From assembly GCA_049517315.1 (NCBI GenBank), contig JBEKSE010000002.1, positions 17,202 through 81,201 of the forward strand: DNA of 64,000 bases, read 5' to 3'. The translations under genes were made by a program, and so were the position numbers. The stretch's first letter is position 1. Each line of letters starts with the position of its first letter. A model generated the notes under the pieces. That model was given only the letters and a program-made list of their open reading frames with translations, searched no databases and was not told the DNA's origin. Shown piece after piece: positions 25,642 to 35,341 of this stretch. This DNA comes from Terracidiphilus sp. GTDB lineage: Bacteria > Acidobacteriota > Terriglobia > Terriglobales > Acidobacteriaceae.

Positions 25642-27714
25642 TCACCGCGGCAAGGATGAGGACTGCAAAGCCTGCGGGACCGGAAAGGTTCGCCGCAAGC
25701 CTTCGGCGACGCCTACCCGAGGCGTCCATCCCAACTGCTGCTGCGCGGCCGCCTGGTCGAAGTTATGGAGTGGGCGGATGGAGCGGATGCGGTATCTCGA
25801 CAGGGGCACGCTGCGCTTAAGCAGACGCCCGAGCGCCTCGATTCCTATTGATGCGGTCATCAACACGAATTTTGGAATGTAACTGGCCTTGATCTTCGGC
25901 CTGGCTGCCCGGGCGATCTGGATGAACTCACGCTGCGTGACCAAGGCCGGGTCAACCAGGTTGATCAGCGCGCCTTCCAGGCCAGGACGCGAGGAACCAA
26001 GCAGAAGCGCATCCACAACGTCGTCCACGTAGACGAGCGGCAGCGGCAGAGAACCGTTGCCTACAACAATCCAGCGGCCGAACATGGCAAAGCCGCCGGC
26101 CGGGCAACTGGGTTCAACATCGGGACCGAAGATTACGCCGGGACGAATCACGACCGCGGGCAAGCCTCTCTCTTTCGCCGCAGCTATCACCATGCGCTCG
26201 GCTTCGAGTTTGGTCTGCGTATAAGCTCCGCGCAGTTCGGCGTGAGGTTCGAGCGGCCAAGCCTCGGAGACTTTGCCGGCGTGGCTCACGGCATGCTCGA
26301 GCACGCTCACCGAGCTTACGTAAACCATGCGCTCGACGTGGTGCTTGAGACAAGCATCGATTACGTTGCGGGTTCCCGCAACCGTGCCGCGCTGGAAGTC
26401 CGCCGGGCTACCCTTCATCGCAGCCCCTACATGGAAGACCGTGTCCACACCGGCGACGAGAACATCGACATATTCGGGGTCACCAAGGTCGCCCGCGAAA
26501 TAGTCGATCCCGGGACGCGGATTGCCGGGAATCCGGCGAACACCCGCGCGCACCCGCGCACCCTCTTGCAGCAGGCGGCGCACCATCGCACCACCGAGGA
26601 ATCCGCCTCCCCCGGTTACAAGAACGTCAGCCGGTGCGCGTGGCGTCAGCTGCGCCTGCCTAAGAGCATCGCGCTGGCGATCGGCTTCCTCGGACACAGG
26701 GGCCATCGCCCTGACCAGGCGCATGCCCTCCTCTGGGGTCACTGGCACTACAGTACCTTGTTCCAGCGCGGCGTAAAACTCGCGGATGTTCTGTTGAATG
26801 CCCGGCGCTCCCGGCAGTCGCTTGGTTATGAATCTCAGCACATTGCGCGGCACTTCATAGAGGCTCGCCGCGGAGTTGCGCATGGCGCAGATCACAGGAG
26901 AAGCGAACTTCGGCCCTGGAAGCAGCTTGGTCACGTAGCAGGTCTGCAACAGGCAGTCGATCTGCATCACTCCGCGAGTGCCATGTACAATCACCTGGCT
27001 GCGTATCGGGCGCACATTCCATGAAAGGTACATGCGCGCCTGTCCACGCTCACAGTTCACCCTCGCCGTCCACTCGTCGAACACAAGGTTGCTGTCGAGC
27101 CCGGTGGAGCGGAAATCGATCTCCGTCGACGTAATCTGACCCAAAAACGCCTCTGCAATGGCGAGGCCATGCACACCGATGTCTTGCAATGGATAGGAGC
27201 CTTTGCGGTACTGGGGCGGGAGTTTGCCGCCTCCAGGCCACGCCGGGTAATCGGAGCTTCGATGAAAGTCTAGCGAGAGAACCTGGCCGATCTCTCCGAC
27301 ACGAACAATTTCCACTCCGCGCTTCACGATCGGATCAAGTCTGCCGGAGTGAACCACGCCCAACGTGCGACCGCTCGAACTGGCGGCTGCCATCATTTGT
27401 TCGCATTGCTCCACGGTCTCCGCCATCGGCTTTTCGACCAGCACGTGCGCGCCCGCCTGAAGAGCTTGAACGCTGACCTGCGCATGAAAAGAGGGCGGGG
27501 TAAGCACGTGGACCACATCCACGCCGGAAGCGAGTAACTCCTTGGTGCTTCCGTAGGCGTTGGGCAGATTGAATGCTTTGGCGACAACCTCCGCCTTGTC
27601 CAGGTCAAGGTCAGCTATCCCCACAACTTGAACCGACGCAATCGACTTGAGGGCGCGAAGATGGTGCGCGCTGACATAGCCCGCACCGACAATTCCAACT
27701 CTAAACTTATTCAT
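25642..27714 (-). CDS. Fusion of a Gfo/Idh/MocA oxidoreductase and an NAD-dependent epimerase/dehydratase (SDR)
   Basis: N-terminal half: VGIVGAGYVS, HVLVEKPMA. C-terminal half: VLVTGGGGFLG, YVSS, YTQTK. One continuous 690 aa frame. Confidence 0.88.
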   Translation of the reverse strand: MNKFRVGIVGAGYVSAHHLRALKSIASVQVVGIADLDLDKAEVVAKAFNLPNAYGSTKELLASGVDVVHVLTPPSFHAQVSVQALQAGAHVLVEKPMAETVEQCEQMMAAASSSGRTLGVVHSGRLDPIVKRGVEIVRVGEIGQVLSLDFHRSSDYPAWPGGGKLPPQYRKGSYPLQDIGVHGLAIAEAFLGQITSTEIDFRSTGLDSNLVFDEWTARVNCERGQARMYLSWNVRPIRSQVIVHGTRGVMQIDCLLQTCYVTKLLPGPKFASPVICAMRNSAASLYEVPRNVLRFITKRLPGAPGIQQNIREFYAALEQGTVVPVTPEEGMRLVRAMAPVSEEADRQRDALRQAQLTPRAPADVLVTGGGGFLGGAMVRRLLQEGARVRAGVRRIPGNPRPGIDYFAGDLGDPEYVDVLVAGVDTVFHVGAAMKGSPADFQRGTVAGTRNVIDACLKHHVERMVYVSSVSVLEHAVSHAGKVSEAWPLEPHAELRGAYTQTKLEAERMVIAAAKERGLPAVVIRPGVIFGPDVEPSCPAGGFAMFGRWIVVGNGSLPLPLVYVDDVVDALLLGSSRPGLEGALINLVDPALVTQREFIQIARAARPKIKASYIPKFVLMTASIGIEALGRLLKRSVPLSRYRIRSIRPLHNFDQAAAQQQLGWTPRVGVAEGLRRTFPVPQALQSSSLPR

Positions 27715-27874
27715 AAATGAAGAAGTACGCCTCGAATTCCAGTAGTTACCGGTGTTGGGTAGCGCAGCATGGCGCGATTATACTACTTACACAGCGATGC
27801 TTTCGGCTTCCCAGCTATTTTCTTCCAGGCTTCACTGTGGAGAAGATCGCGCACCGCTGTCCGAGAGGAAATCA

Positions 27875-29029
27875 ATGGAGTTCATTTATTTTGGCAATGA
27901 CTGGTTTGCCGACAATCGCACCAGCAGCCACCACATCGCCAGGCGTCTCGGCGCCCGGTTTCCGATGCTCTATGTCGAGGTTCCCGGGCTGCGCGCGCCC
28001 AAGGCGAATGTTCGCGATCTACGTAAACTATTGAGGAAGCTCCGCATGACTTTTCAAGCACCTCAATTGGTTGCTCCACACTTCTGGCGCATGACGCTGC
28101 CGCAAATCCCATTTCGCCGCTTTGCAGCTATTCGCGCTGTGAACCGCGCTTTCTCGCAAATGCTTATTCGCAGAGCCATTAGCAAACTCGGTTTCAATGA
28201 TGCAATCGCCTGGTTTCATGTGCCGCATCCAGGGTTCCTGGCCAAACGTCTGGGGGAAAAGCTAACTGTTTTTTATTGCATCGACGAATACTCGAAACTG
28301 CCCGACGTGGATGGAATAGCCGTGCAGGCCATGGACGACCAACTTACGGCTGCGGCGGACATTGTCTTCGTTTGCAACCAGAAGTTGATGGATGCTCGCC
28401 AGTCTCTCAACGCCAACATTCATCTTTCGCCGCACGGTGTGGACACGGATCTGTTCGCGCTGGCCAATTCGCCCGACACCCAAATCCCCGAGGAAGCGAA
28501 ATCCATGTCCCGGCCGATCATCGGGTTTTGGGGGCTTCTGGATCGATGGGTGGATCTCGGCATCCTGGAAGATATTGCTCGCGCTCGACCGGAGTGGACA
28601 GTTTTGCTGATCGGGCGCGCAGCGGTGGATGTCTCAGTGCTGAAGCGTTTACCGAACGTCGTTTTCGCAGGAGTGAAGCCTTACTCTGAATTGCCTAACT
28701 GGGCCAAAGTGATCGACGTCTGCATTCTGCCATTCACGCAGACCTCGTTGATGGTGCAGTCGAGCCCCCTGAAACTGCGCGAGTATTTGGCTGCTGGAAA
28801 GCCGATCGTTTCCGTTCCACTGCCTGAAGCAAAGCTGCTCGGCAAAGCATTATTGACCGCTGAGGACGGGCCGGGGTTCGTCCGCGCGATCGAGGAGGCG
28901 CTCGTTGCTAACACGCCCGAACTGGCCGCTCTTCGCCAGAAAGCCGTCGAAAAGAACACTTGGGATGCAACAGTGGCGAATGTATTGGGCAAGTTGCAGA
29001 AAGAATTAGCCAATCGCCAGCGAAGCTAA
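27875..29029 (+). CDS. Glycosyltransferase (GT4-like, TuaH-type)
   Basis: VFYCIDEY, IGFWGLLDRWVD, SPLKLREYLAAGKPIVS; ATG 27875 behind GAGGA. Confidence 0.88.
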   Translation: MEFIYFGNDWFADNRTSSHHIARRLGARFPMLYVEVPGLRAPKANVRDLRKLLRKLRMTFQAPQLVAPHFWRMTLPQIPFRRFAAIRAVNRAFSQMLIRRAISKLGFNDAIAWFHVPHPGFLAKRLGEKLTVFYCIDEYSKLPDVDGIAVQAMDDQLTAAADIVFVCNQKLMDARQSLNANIHLSPHGVDTDLFALANSPDTQIPEEAKSMSRPIIGFWGLLDRWVDLGILEDIARARPEWTVLLIGRAAVDVSVLKRLPNVVFAGVKPYSELPNWAKVIDVCILPFTQTSLMVQSSPLKLREYLAAGKPIVSVPLPEAKLLGKALLTAEDGPGFVRAIEEALVANTPELAALRQKAVEKNTWDATVANVLGKLQKELANRQRS

Positions 29030-29203
29030 GTGCCTCGTTCAAGTCGAGCGGAATCGGCAACCGGCCTCTGTGCGAATCGCCGCGCACAGAATGCACCATG
29101 CGACCCTGACCAGGATTTTGGCTGAATTGGAATCGTATTTCATGCCCTCGAAGGCTTTGGGTATAACTTCTGCAAATGGTTCAAAAGTGGTTGACTAACG
29201 TGA

Positions 29204-30220
29204 ATGAGCGGTAGAATAGAGGCAATGCGACAGTGCATATGCGGGGAAATACGAACATCGGTGCTGGGATTCGGTTGCGAATCAGTACTGGGGCGCGTTG
29301 GCCGCAGTGACTCGCTGCGCGCAATGAACGTTGCCTGGAACCAGGGAATCACGCTCTTCGATACGGCTCGGAGTTACGGATTTGGCGAAGCAGAGGCGGT
29401 GCTGGGCGAGTTCCTTCACGGTAAACGCGCGCAAGCCGTCGTGGCGACAAAGTTTGGCATAGATCCGCAGAAACCGAACAAGTGGAAGAGTGCCGCGGTC
29501 CGCGCAGCCCGAAAAGTACCGGGAATTCGCGACCTTTTCGGTTCAGGCGAAGAAGTCGACCCAAGCACCGACAGTGAAGTCACCCGTGGGGAGTTCACTG
29601 TGGAAGGGTTGCGAGCATCGCTTGAGTGCAGCTTGCGCCAACTCCAGACCGACTACGTCGATGTGCTTTTTTTGCATGAGGCCACCGGAGACGTGCTGTA
29701 CCAGCAAGACCTGATGGAGGCGCTCGACAGGTTGGTGCAGGCAGGCAAGGTGCGTCGCGTGGGCCTGTATGCTGACGCGGAGGTGATCGCTGAAGGCATC
29801 GGTAATGGACCGGCGACACTAACTGCAATGCAGTATGGCGGCAATCCTTTTGATCAACTGGTAGCCGCAATTCCGCAGCACAACCGGCGCGGGCTATTTC
29901 TGATTGCCAATCATCCATTCGGCGGCGAGCAGCGCGTCACGCGAGTGCAGGATACTCTTGAGGCAATCTCTTTCGATGAGACTGTACCTGCCGAACTCCG
30001 CGAAAAGCTGCGCGGCGCGGACTGGGAGACAATCACTGAAGCTATCTTTGGGGCAACCTTGAACGGCACGGGGGTTCATGCGCTGGTGCTCTCAATGATG
30101 CAAGAGGATCACCTGCGCGCCAATGCCCGCGCGGTCGAAAGCGATCGCTTTTCCATCGAAGACCTGGCACTGATACGAGATCGCTTGCTGTTTTCTCCCG
30201 CAACCGTGCCCGGTGTGTAA
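29204..30220 (+). CDS. Aldo/keto reductase
   Basis: LGFGC, FDTARSYG, ATKFG, LQTDYVDVLFLH; the D/Y/K/H catalytic tetrad is present. Confidence 0.9.
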   Translation: MSGRIEAMRQCICGEIRTSVLGFGCESVLGRVGRSDSLRAMNVAWNQGITLFDTARSYGFGEAEAVLGEFLHGKRAQAVVATKFGIDPQKPNKWKSAAVRAARKVPGIRDLFGSGEEVDPSTDSEVTRGEFTVEGLRASLECSLRQLQTDYVDVLFLHEATGDVLYQQDLMEALDRLVQAGKVRRVGLYADAEVIAEGIGNGPATLTAMQYGGNPFDQLVAAIPQHNRRGLFLIANHPFGGEQRVTRVQDTLEAISFDETVPAELREKLRGADWETITEAIFGATLNGTGVHALVLSMMQEDHLRANARAVESDRFSIEDLALIRDRLLFSPATVPGV

Positions 30221-30270
30221 TTGTCTTCTAAATGAACCGCAAGCTCAGAATCAGCAAGCGAGGGACCGCG

Positions 30271-31338
30271 TCAGGCTCGATAGGCTTCAACAACCCCAGA
30301 GGGCACGGCGGGTTTGCGGCCATGTATCAGCGTATCGGCAGCCTGGTACATCTGCCAGGCGGTGGCCCAGTGAATCTCGACACCTCTTCGGCCAGCTTCT
30401 TCCGCGAGCCAACGGAATAGATTGTCAAGACCTCCGTTAAGCAACGGTTCGAGATTCCTTTCCTGCGCGCCGTGGGTGTAGAGTTTCAAAAAAATGTCTT
30501 CCCCGATGGCTGGCGCCAGATCGAACCACTGGCTCACTCGCGAGGGAGTTGGCAGATCGTAACCGGCAAGCTCGCCGGTTTCCATGCGCGGCAGAAGCCG
30601 TTCGCCGAATCGCAGACCAAGCGGTCCTGTAATCATCAGCAGGTCGCCTTGCCTGCCGCCGCCAACCGTGGCTTCTATTCCGCGATCGAAGGATTTGGGG
30701 CGATTGCCAGCGTTGTTTGTACACCAGTAAATCTGGTTCAGCACGCGCCCCTGGGTCGCCGAAGGAGCAGAGGGCATGGTGAAATCGGCGTAGCAGCCGA
30801 GATCGCGCAGTAAAGCAATCTCGCCATTCAGGCCGCACCACTTGCCATCTGGATGCGAGTTGTCCAGCGCCCAGTTGCCATGGATAAAGCCGAATACTGT
30901 TCGGCCGTCTTTCTGTCGAAGCAGACCGTGGTCGCCTGTCAAGCGGCGACAGTATTCTGTCACTTTCCGGATGAAGGAATCACGCTGCTCGTTGTCATGG
31001 TGTAGATGCACCTCCACATCGCCTACACCGAGGCGGACAATTTCCGCGATGCCGTCGAGCAGGTCGCGCCGGTACTCTTCTTGCGGGTAAAAGAAAGTGT
31101 ATTGAGGACACTGGCCTGCCGCGTCCTTAAAAGCATCGCCGGCAATGCGAGGCCACTTCTCACGCCATAGCGCTACGCGGCCAAGGGCTGTTTCAACGGA
31201 TGCGCCCATGCCCAGTGGCTCATAGTGATCGGTAATGGCAACCCAGGCGCGCTTCGGCCTTTCGGATCGCGCGATCTTTTTCAAGCGGTCCGCTAGATAT
31301 GGTAAAAGCCAAATCTCTGCATGTCGCGGGAGCTTCAT
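30271..31338 (-). CDS. Conserved hypothetical protein, possible metal-dependent deacetylase/hydrolase fold
   Basis: 355 aa from ATG 31338; His/Asp-rich motifs TDHYEP, EVHLHHD, FIHGNWALDN, YADFTMPS, KLYTHG. Confidence 0.65.
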   Translation of the reverse strand: MKLPRHAEIWLLPYLADRLKKIARSERPKRAWVAITDHYEPLGMGASVETALGRVALWREKWPRIAGDAFKDAAGQCPQYTFFYPQEEYRRDLLDGIAEIVRLGVGDVEVHLHHDNEQRDSFIRKVTEYCRRLTGDHGLLRQKDGRTVFGFIHGNWALDNSHPDGKWCGLNGEIALLRDLGCYADFTMPSAPSATQGRVLNQIYWCTNNAGNRPKSFDRGIEATVGGGRQGDLLMITGPLGLRFGERLLPRMETGELAGYDLPTPSRVSQWFDLAPAIGEDIFLKLYTHGAQERNLEPLLNGGLDNLFRWLAEEAGRRGVEIHWATAWQMYQAADTLIHGRKPAVPSGVVEAYRA

Positions 31339-31491
31339 GAAATTGACTTTCCCTTTGTAGGTTGCCATAACTTGCAGAAGTTGACCAGAATGCAGCCGGC
31401 CATGTCTGAGTATCAAATACGGTTCTATTGCCTGTCAAAGACTCCAAAATCTCTTACTGTGAGCGCCTTTTGTGCGGATGGAGACGCCAGG

Positions 31492-32571
31492 CTAATGAGC
31501 CTGGCGCGAAAGAATTTCTGCAATCCGTTCCGATGCTTTGCCATCCCATAGAGGTAGATGGCGCTTCTGGCTGTGATTGCCGCGCAACGCTTCATGAAAC
31601 TTTTCCTCGAGTAATTTCCAATTGCGGCCTATCAAGACATTTGTCCCAAGGGTCACAGTGATTGGCCGCTCGGTGTTTTCGCGCAAGGTGAGGCATGGTG
31701 TTCCCAAATACGTGGTTTCCTCTTGAATCCCGCCTGAGTCCGTGATCACAACTTTTGCGTTCTTCTGCAGCGCAAGAAACTCGAGATATCCCAAGGGCTC
31801 GATAGCTCGAAGGTCCGGATTACATTGCTCCAACTGCGCAGACCACTTTTGGCGTGTCCTTGGATGAACAGGAAAGATCAAGGGAAGCTCCCTGCTTAAC
31901 CTGTCAAGCGCCTGTAACATCGGCAAGAACGTCGATTCGTCGTCGACATTCGAAGGACGATGTAGCGTAACTAGTCCAAAAGAATCCAGGGATAGCTCTG
32001 CCTTAAGTTGCGGAAATATTTCGTCCGCTTTGGGAAGGAACTGAATCAAAGTGTCTATCATTACGTTGCCGACGAGAAACACCTTCTCCTTGGCAACGCC
32101 TTCGCGCGCAAGGTTTTCATTGCCATCGGCTGAAGGAGTGAAAAGAAGATCCGCAAGTTGGTCGGTAACCAGGCGGTTGATCTCTTCGGGCATCGCGCGA
32201 TCAAATGAGCGCAGGCCTGCCTCCACGTGTCCCACCCGAATGTCGAGCTTGGAGCATACCAGTGCCGCCGCTACGGTAGAATTCACGTCGCCATAAACAA
32301 GAACAATGTCCGGTTTATGCTTCAGTACAACTGGCTCAAATCGACTCATGATTGCCGCGGTTTGCTGCGCGTGTGAACCCGATCCAACGTTCAGGCTTTC
32401 GTCGGGATTTGGAATTCTTAATGTTTTGAAAAATACGTCCGACATGAGCGCGTCATAATGTTGGCCTGTATGCACCAGTATCTGCTCGTGCCCCTGGTCA
32501 GCCAGCGCGCGATAAACGGGAGCCGCCTTCATGAAGTTTGGCCGTGCTCCAACTACGTGTAGCACTTTCAT
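31492..32571 (-). CDS. wecB: UDP-N-acetylglucosamine 2-epimerase (non-hydrolysing)
   Basis: VVGARPNFMK, VHTGQHYD, HVEAGLRS, EEINR, TDSGGIQEE, LRENTERP. Confidence 0.96.
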   Translation of the reverse strand: MKVLHVVGARPNFMKAAPVYRALADQGHEQILVHTGQHYDALMSDVFFKTLRIPNPDESLNVGSGSHAQQTAAIMSRFEPVVLKHKPDIVLVYGDVNSTVAAALVCSKLDIRVGHVEAGLRSFDRAMPEEINRLVTDQLADLLFTPSADGNENLAREGVAKEKVFLVGNVMIDTLIQFLPKADEIFPQLKAELSLDSFGLVTLHRPSNVDDESTFLPMLQALDRLSRELPLIFPVHPRTRQKWSAQLEQCNPDLRAIEPLGYLEFLALQKNAKVVITDSGGIQEETTYLGTPCLTLRENTERPITVTLGTNVLIGRNWKLLEEKFHEALRGNHSQKRHLPLWDGKASERIAEILSRQAH

Positions 32572-32914
32572 TCTGAGATCCCTTTCCCGAACAAGCATCC
32601 CCAATGCAAAGTTCCAGCACCACTACCGACCGTAATTTCGCTTTGCGTCTTCCCCGACTTCTGAGGGGCTGCCAATCTGCAGCAATCACACTTTCCCCAC
32701 GAGTATCGAGCACTCTTCCCTTCTATGTCAAAATCATCAGAGAGAGCTATCAATTTGCAATTCGTGACCCACCTTCTCCCTAGCAAGGCGGCCTTGAGCA
32801 CAAATGCTGGCGTGATTCAGTTTCATCTATTACTATCGGGATGAATGCTGGGGTGGGTTTGATTCGGGGAACAAAGTTGAGCAATCATCGCCCTGGAATT
32901 CCGAGGAAGGTAGA

Positions 32915-33088
32915 ATGAGAGGCACGGCCGACTTCAGCAGGAACAATCTGGATTGCCTTCGCCTGATCCTGGCGTCCATTGTTGTTCTGTTTCATACGTA
33001 CGAACTGACAAATTTCGCGACTTTCTCCACCTTTGACAGGTATTTATCTCTGAATTTTGCGGCTAGGTAGTTCCTTGTGATCAGCGGA
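32915..33088 (+). pseudogene. Truncated N-terminal fragment of an acyltransferase-3 paralog
   Basis: MRGTADFSRNNLDCLRLILASIVVLFH... closely parallels the 35342 gene start (VRGSADFSRNNLDCLRLIFATMVVFVH); in-frame TAG at 33068; similarity ends after FLVISG. Confidence 0.85.
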
Positions 33089-33168
33089 ATGCGCTATCCC
33101 GCCCGAGGGAAAAATTCATGTCTTTTGCGATTAGTTCGTTGAGCCGGCGGAAAGCTTGCACTGAGACA

Positions 33169-34662
33169 ATGGGAACACCGCGCCAAGCTCGATTTTTAAC
33201 TCCTGCCGCTGTTTACGGAGGGCTGGGTTTTGCCATTCTCCTGTTCTTTTTGCAAACCCTCCCTTATCTGTCTTATCGCTGGCTTCCGGATGAGAGTTGG
33301 TATTCTGGACCGGCTTATTCCATGGTTCACGGCAACGGAATTGCGAATCCCGCATTCGGCCCCAATGAGCTGGAAAACCATATAGATGCGCGGCCACCCG
33401 GAACCGCGATTGTTATCGCCGCGGCCTTTCGACTCTTTGGAACAAGTTCGATTTCCGCCCGTCTGGGATCAATTCTTGCCGGTGTTGCAATTATCCTTCT
33501 TACTTATCGAATGGCGCGCGACGTGATCGGGGTAGAGGGCGCCCTGGTTGCCACATTCCTTGTAGCCACCGACAACCTGGTTGTGCTCACTTCCCGCAGC
33601 GCGCGGCCTGAGGCTCTTACAACTATGGCGATTCTGGCCTCTTTGCTAGCAATGAAGCAATATGCCCAGAAAGGTCGCATCGTCTGGGCGTTTTTGAGCG
33701 GCATACTCATCGCCGCGGGAACTGTATTCCATATCACACTGCTGGGATACATCGTCTCCATCGGTATTCTGGCTATTGTTCTGGATCGCGGGCGCGGCGC
33801 CTTTCCGCTGCGGGGCGCAACCGGCTACGGGATTGGGTACGGCCTCGGCCTCGTGCCCTTCGCAGCCTGGATACTTACTGCTCCTCTTGGACGCTCCGGC
33901 TTCCGCGCAGAATATCTGAGCCGCGCTGGGGGCACACCGCTCTGGTCGAAATTCCTGCATGAGGGGCTTCGCTACTCCGACCTGCTCGGCCTCAACATGT
34001 TCCACGGGCACGGGATGGAATTCATTCCTGTCAGGCTTCCCATACCGCTCTTCTTCATGGCAGCCAGTTTTCTTCTCTGGAAGCTGCGCCCGCGGTGGTT
34101 TTATCTTGAATTGCTCCTGCTCACCCCCACTGTGTTTTGGCTCATTTACACGGTGAACAAGACTTCGCGTTACTTCGCGCTGCTGGCTCCAGTCTTTGCC
34201 CTGGTTATTGGCGCTGCGGTTGCCGCCTCCAGTTCAAGCCGGAGGTTACATCGCGTCCTGCTTAGCCTATCCTGCCTGTTGGTTGCGGCGCAGATGTCGG
34301 CCAACGTTTTCTTGCTTCATGCCGCCAGCAAAGCGAATTACGACAAGGTTACGGCAGAATTGCGGAGTGTCATCCCTCCGGGCCAGACAGCGTACGGAAC
34401 CGTCACCTTCTGGCTTGCCCTTCACGATCATCCCTATATCGCTTATGAGCGCACCGATCCCTGGATGGCGGCCAACCAGTTCCACGCAAGATACTTCATC
34501 ACGGGCGACCGTGTGATGACCAGCGGATTGCAAGGTGATGAGGCATTCTATGAGAGTCTGCGTCGGAGTATGGCCGAGGTGATCGATCAAAGCACGCTGG
34601 TCGGGCGCTCTTCTGACCTATATTATGGCGACTTGAAGGTCTACAAACTGAACGAACCCTGA
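33169..34662 (+). CDS. GT-C fold membrane glycosyltransferase (ArnT/PMT, GT39/83-like)
   Basis: N-terminal TM, then DESWY loop, HIDARPPG, ARPE, RYFALL; about 11 TM. Alternative start at 33118. Confidence 0.8.
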   Translation: MGTPRQARFLTPAAVYGGLGFAILLFFLQTLPYLSYRWLPDESWYSGPAYSMVHGNGIANPAFGPNELENHIDARPPGTAIVIAAAFRLFGTSSISARLGSILAGVAIILLTYRMARDVIGVEGALVATFLVATDNLVVLTSRSARPEALTTMAILASLLAMKQYAQKGRIVWAFLSGILIAAGTVFHITLLGYIVSIGILAIVLDRGRGAFPLRGATGYGIGYGLGLVPFAAWILTAPLGRSGFRAEYLSRAGGTPLWSKFLHEGLRYSDLLGLNMFHGHGMEFIPVRLPIPLFFMAASFLLWKLRPRWFYLELLLLTPTVFWLIYTVNKTSRYFALLAPVFALVIGAAVAASSSSRRLHRVLLSLSCLLVAAQMSANVFLLHAASKANYDKVTAELRSVIPPGQTAYGTVTFWLALHDHPYIAYERTDPWMAANQFHARYFITGDRVMTSGLQGDEAFYESLRRSMAEVIDQSTLVGRSSDLYYGDLKVYKLNEP

Positions 34663-34691
34663 TCGATCGCGGCCTGCTGGCTTGAATCTGA

Positions 34692-35234
34692 GATATAGGA
34701 TTTTCTATCTTTTGGCATACAGGAGGTCACCTCAATATGGCCGCCTACATCCCGTGCTTTCTCTGCGGAGTCCTTTGCTATTCGCTTCGGAATCGCATCG
34801 GTGCGTTTATACCCTCCGCGCTCTGGCCACCATTCCTTCTCCTGCTCTTCTCCGGCTACTGCCTGGCCTAGCCCGTCCTTGGAGTCAACGAGTTTTGGAT
34901 CAGCTGGATTTTCTGCTTACTTCTTGGACTTGCGATCAACGCATTTCACAACTCCACCAATAAGCCTATCAATGCCGTGGCTGAAAAGATCGCCTTGTAT
35001 TCTTATGGTATGTATTTAATTCATGCTCTTGTCCTCTACCTCGTTTTTATGGCGCTTGGCATCAGAAATTTCGTTTTTGGACCTTTACTTTTCATTGGGC
35101 TCACGATGGTCGCGTCCTTCCTCACTTATCACTTTCTTGAACCTCCATTGATCGATCTCGGAAGAAAACTAAGCTCGCGGCTGCCGCGTAGACCAGTCGC
35201 GCTGCCGGCGCAGAAGACGCACGTGGGCTCCTGA
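34692..35234 (+). pseudogene. C-terminal fragment of an acyltransferase-3 gene with a premature stop
   Basis: Frame reads ...MAAYIPCFLCG...GYCLA* (TAG 34869) ...IALYSYGMYLIH...SFLTYHFLEPP; the N-terminal half is missing. Confidence 0.8.
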
Positions 35235-35341
35235 ATCGTTAAATGCTAGCAGAGGCTTGTCTAGGGCAAGATCCGAGAGCAGAATTGTACCCGACGGCCA
35301 CAAGCCATGATGATATTCTGAATGAGCCAGGAGGTCTTTGG

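Noticed and set aside
33068-34871. Amber (TAG) readthrough or recoding in the two acyltransferase fragments
   Set aside because: TAG serves as a normal stop in this window (S9 peptidase, recX), both fragments are also truncated, and no pyl genes are present.
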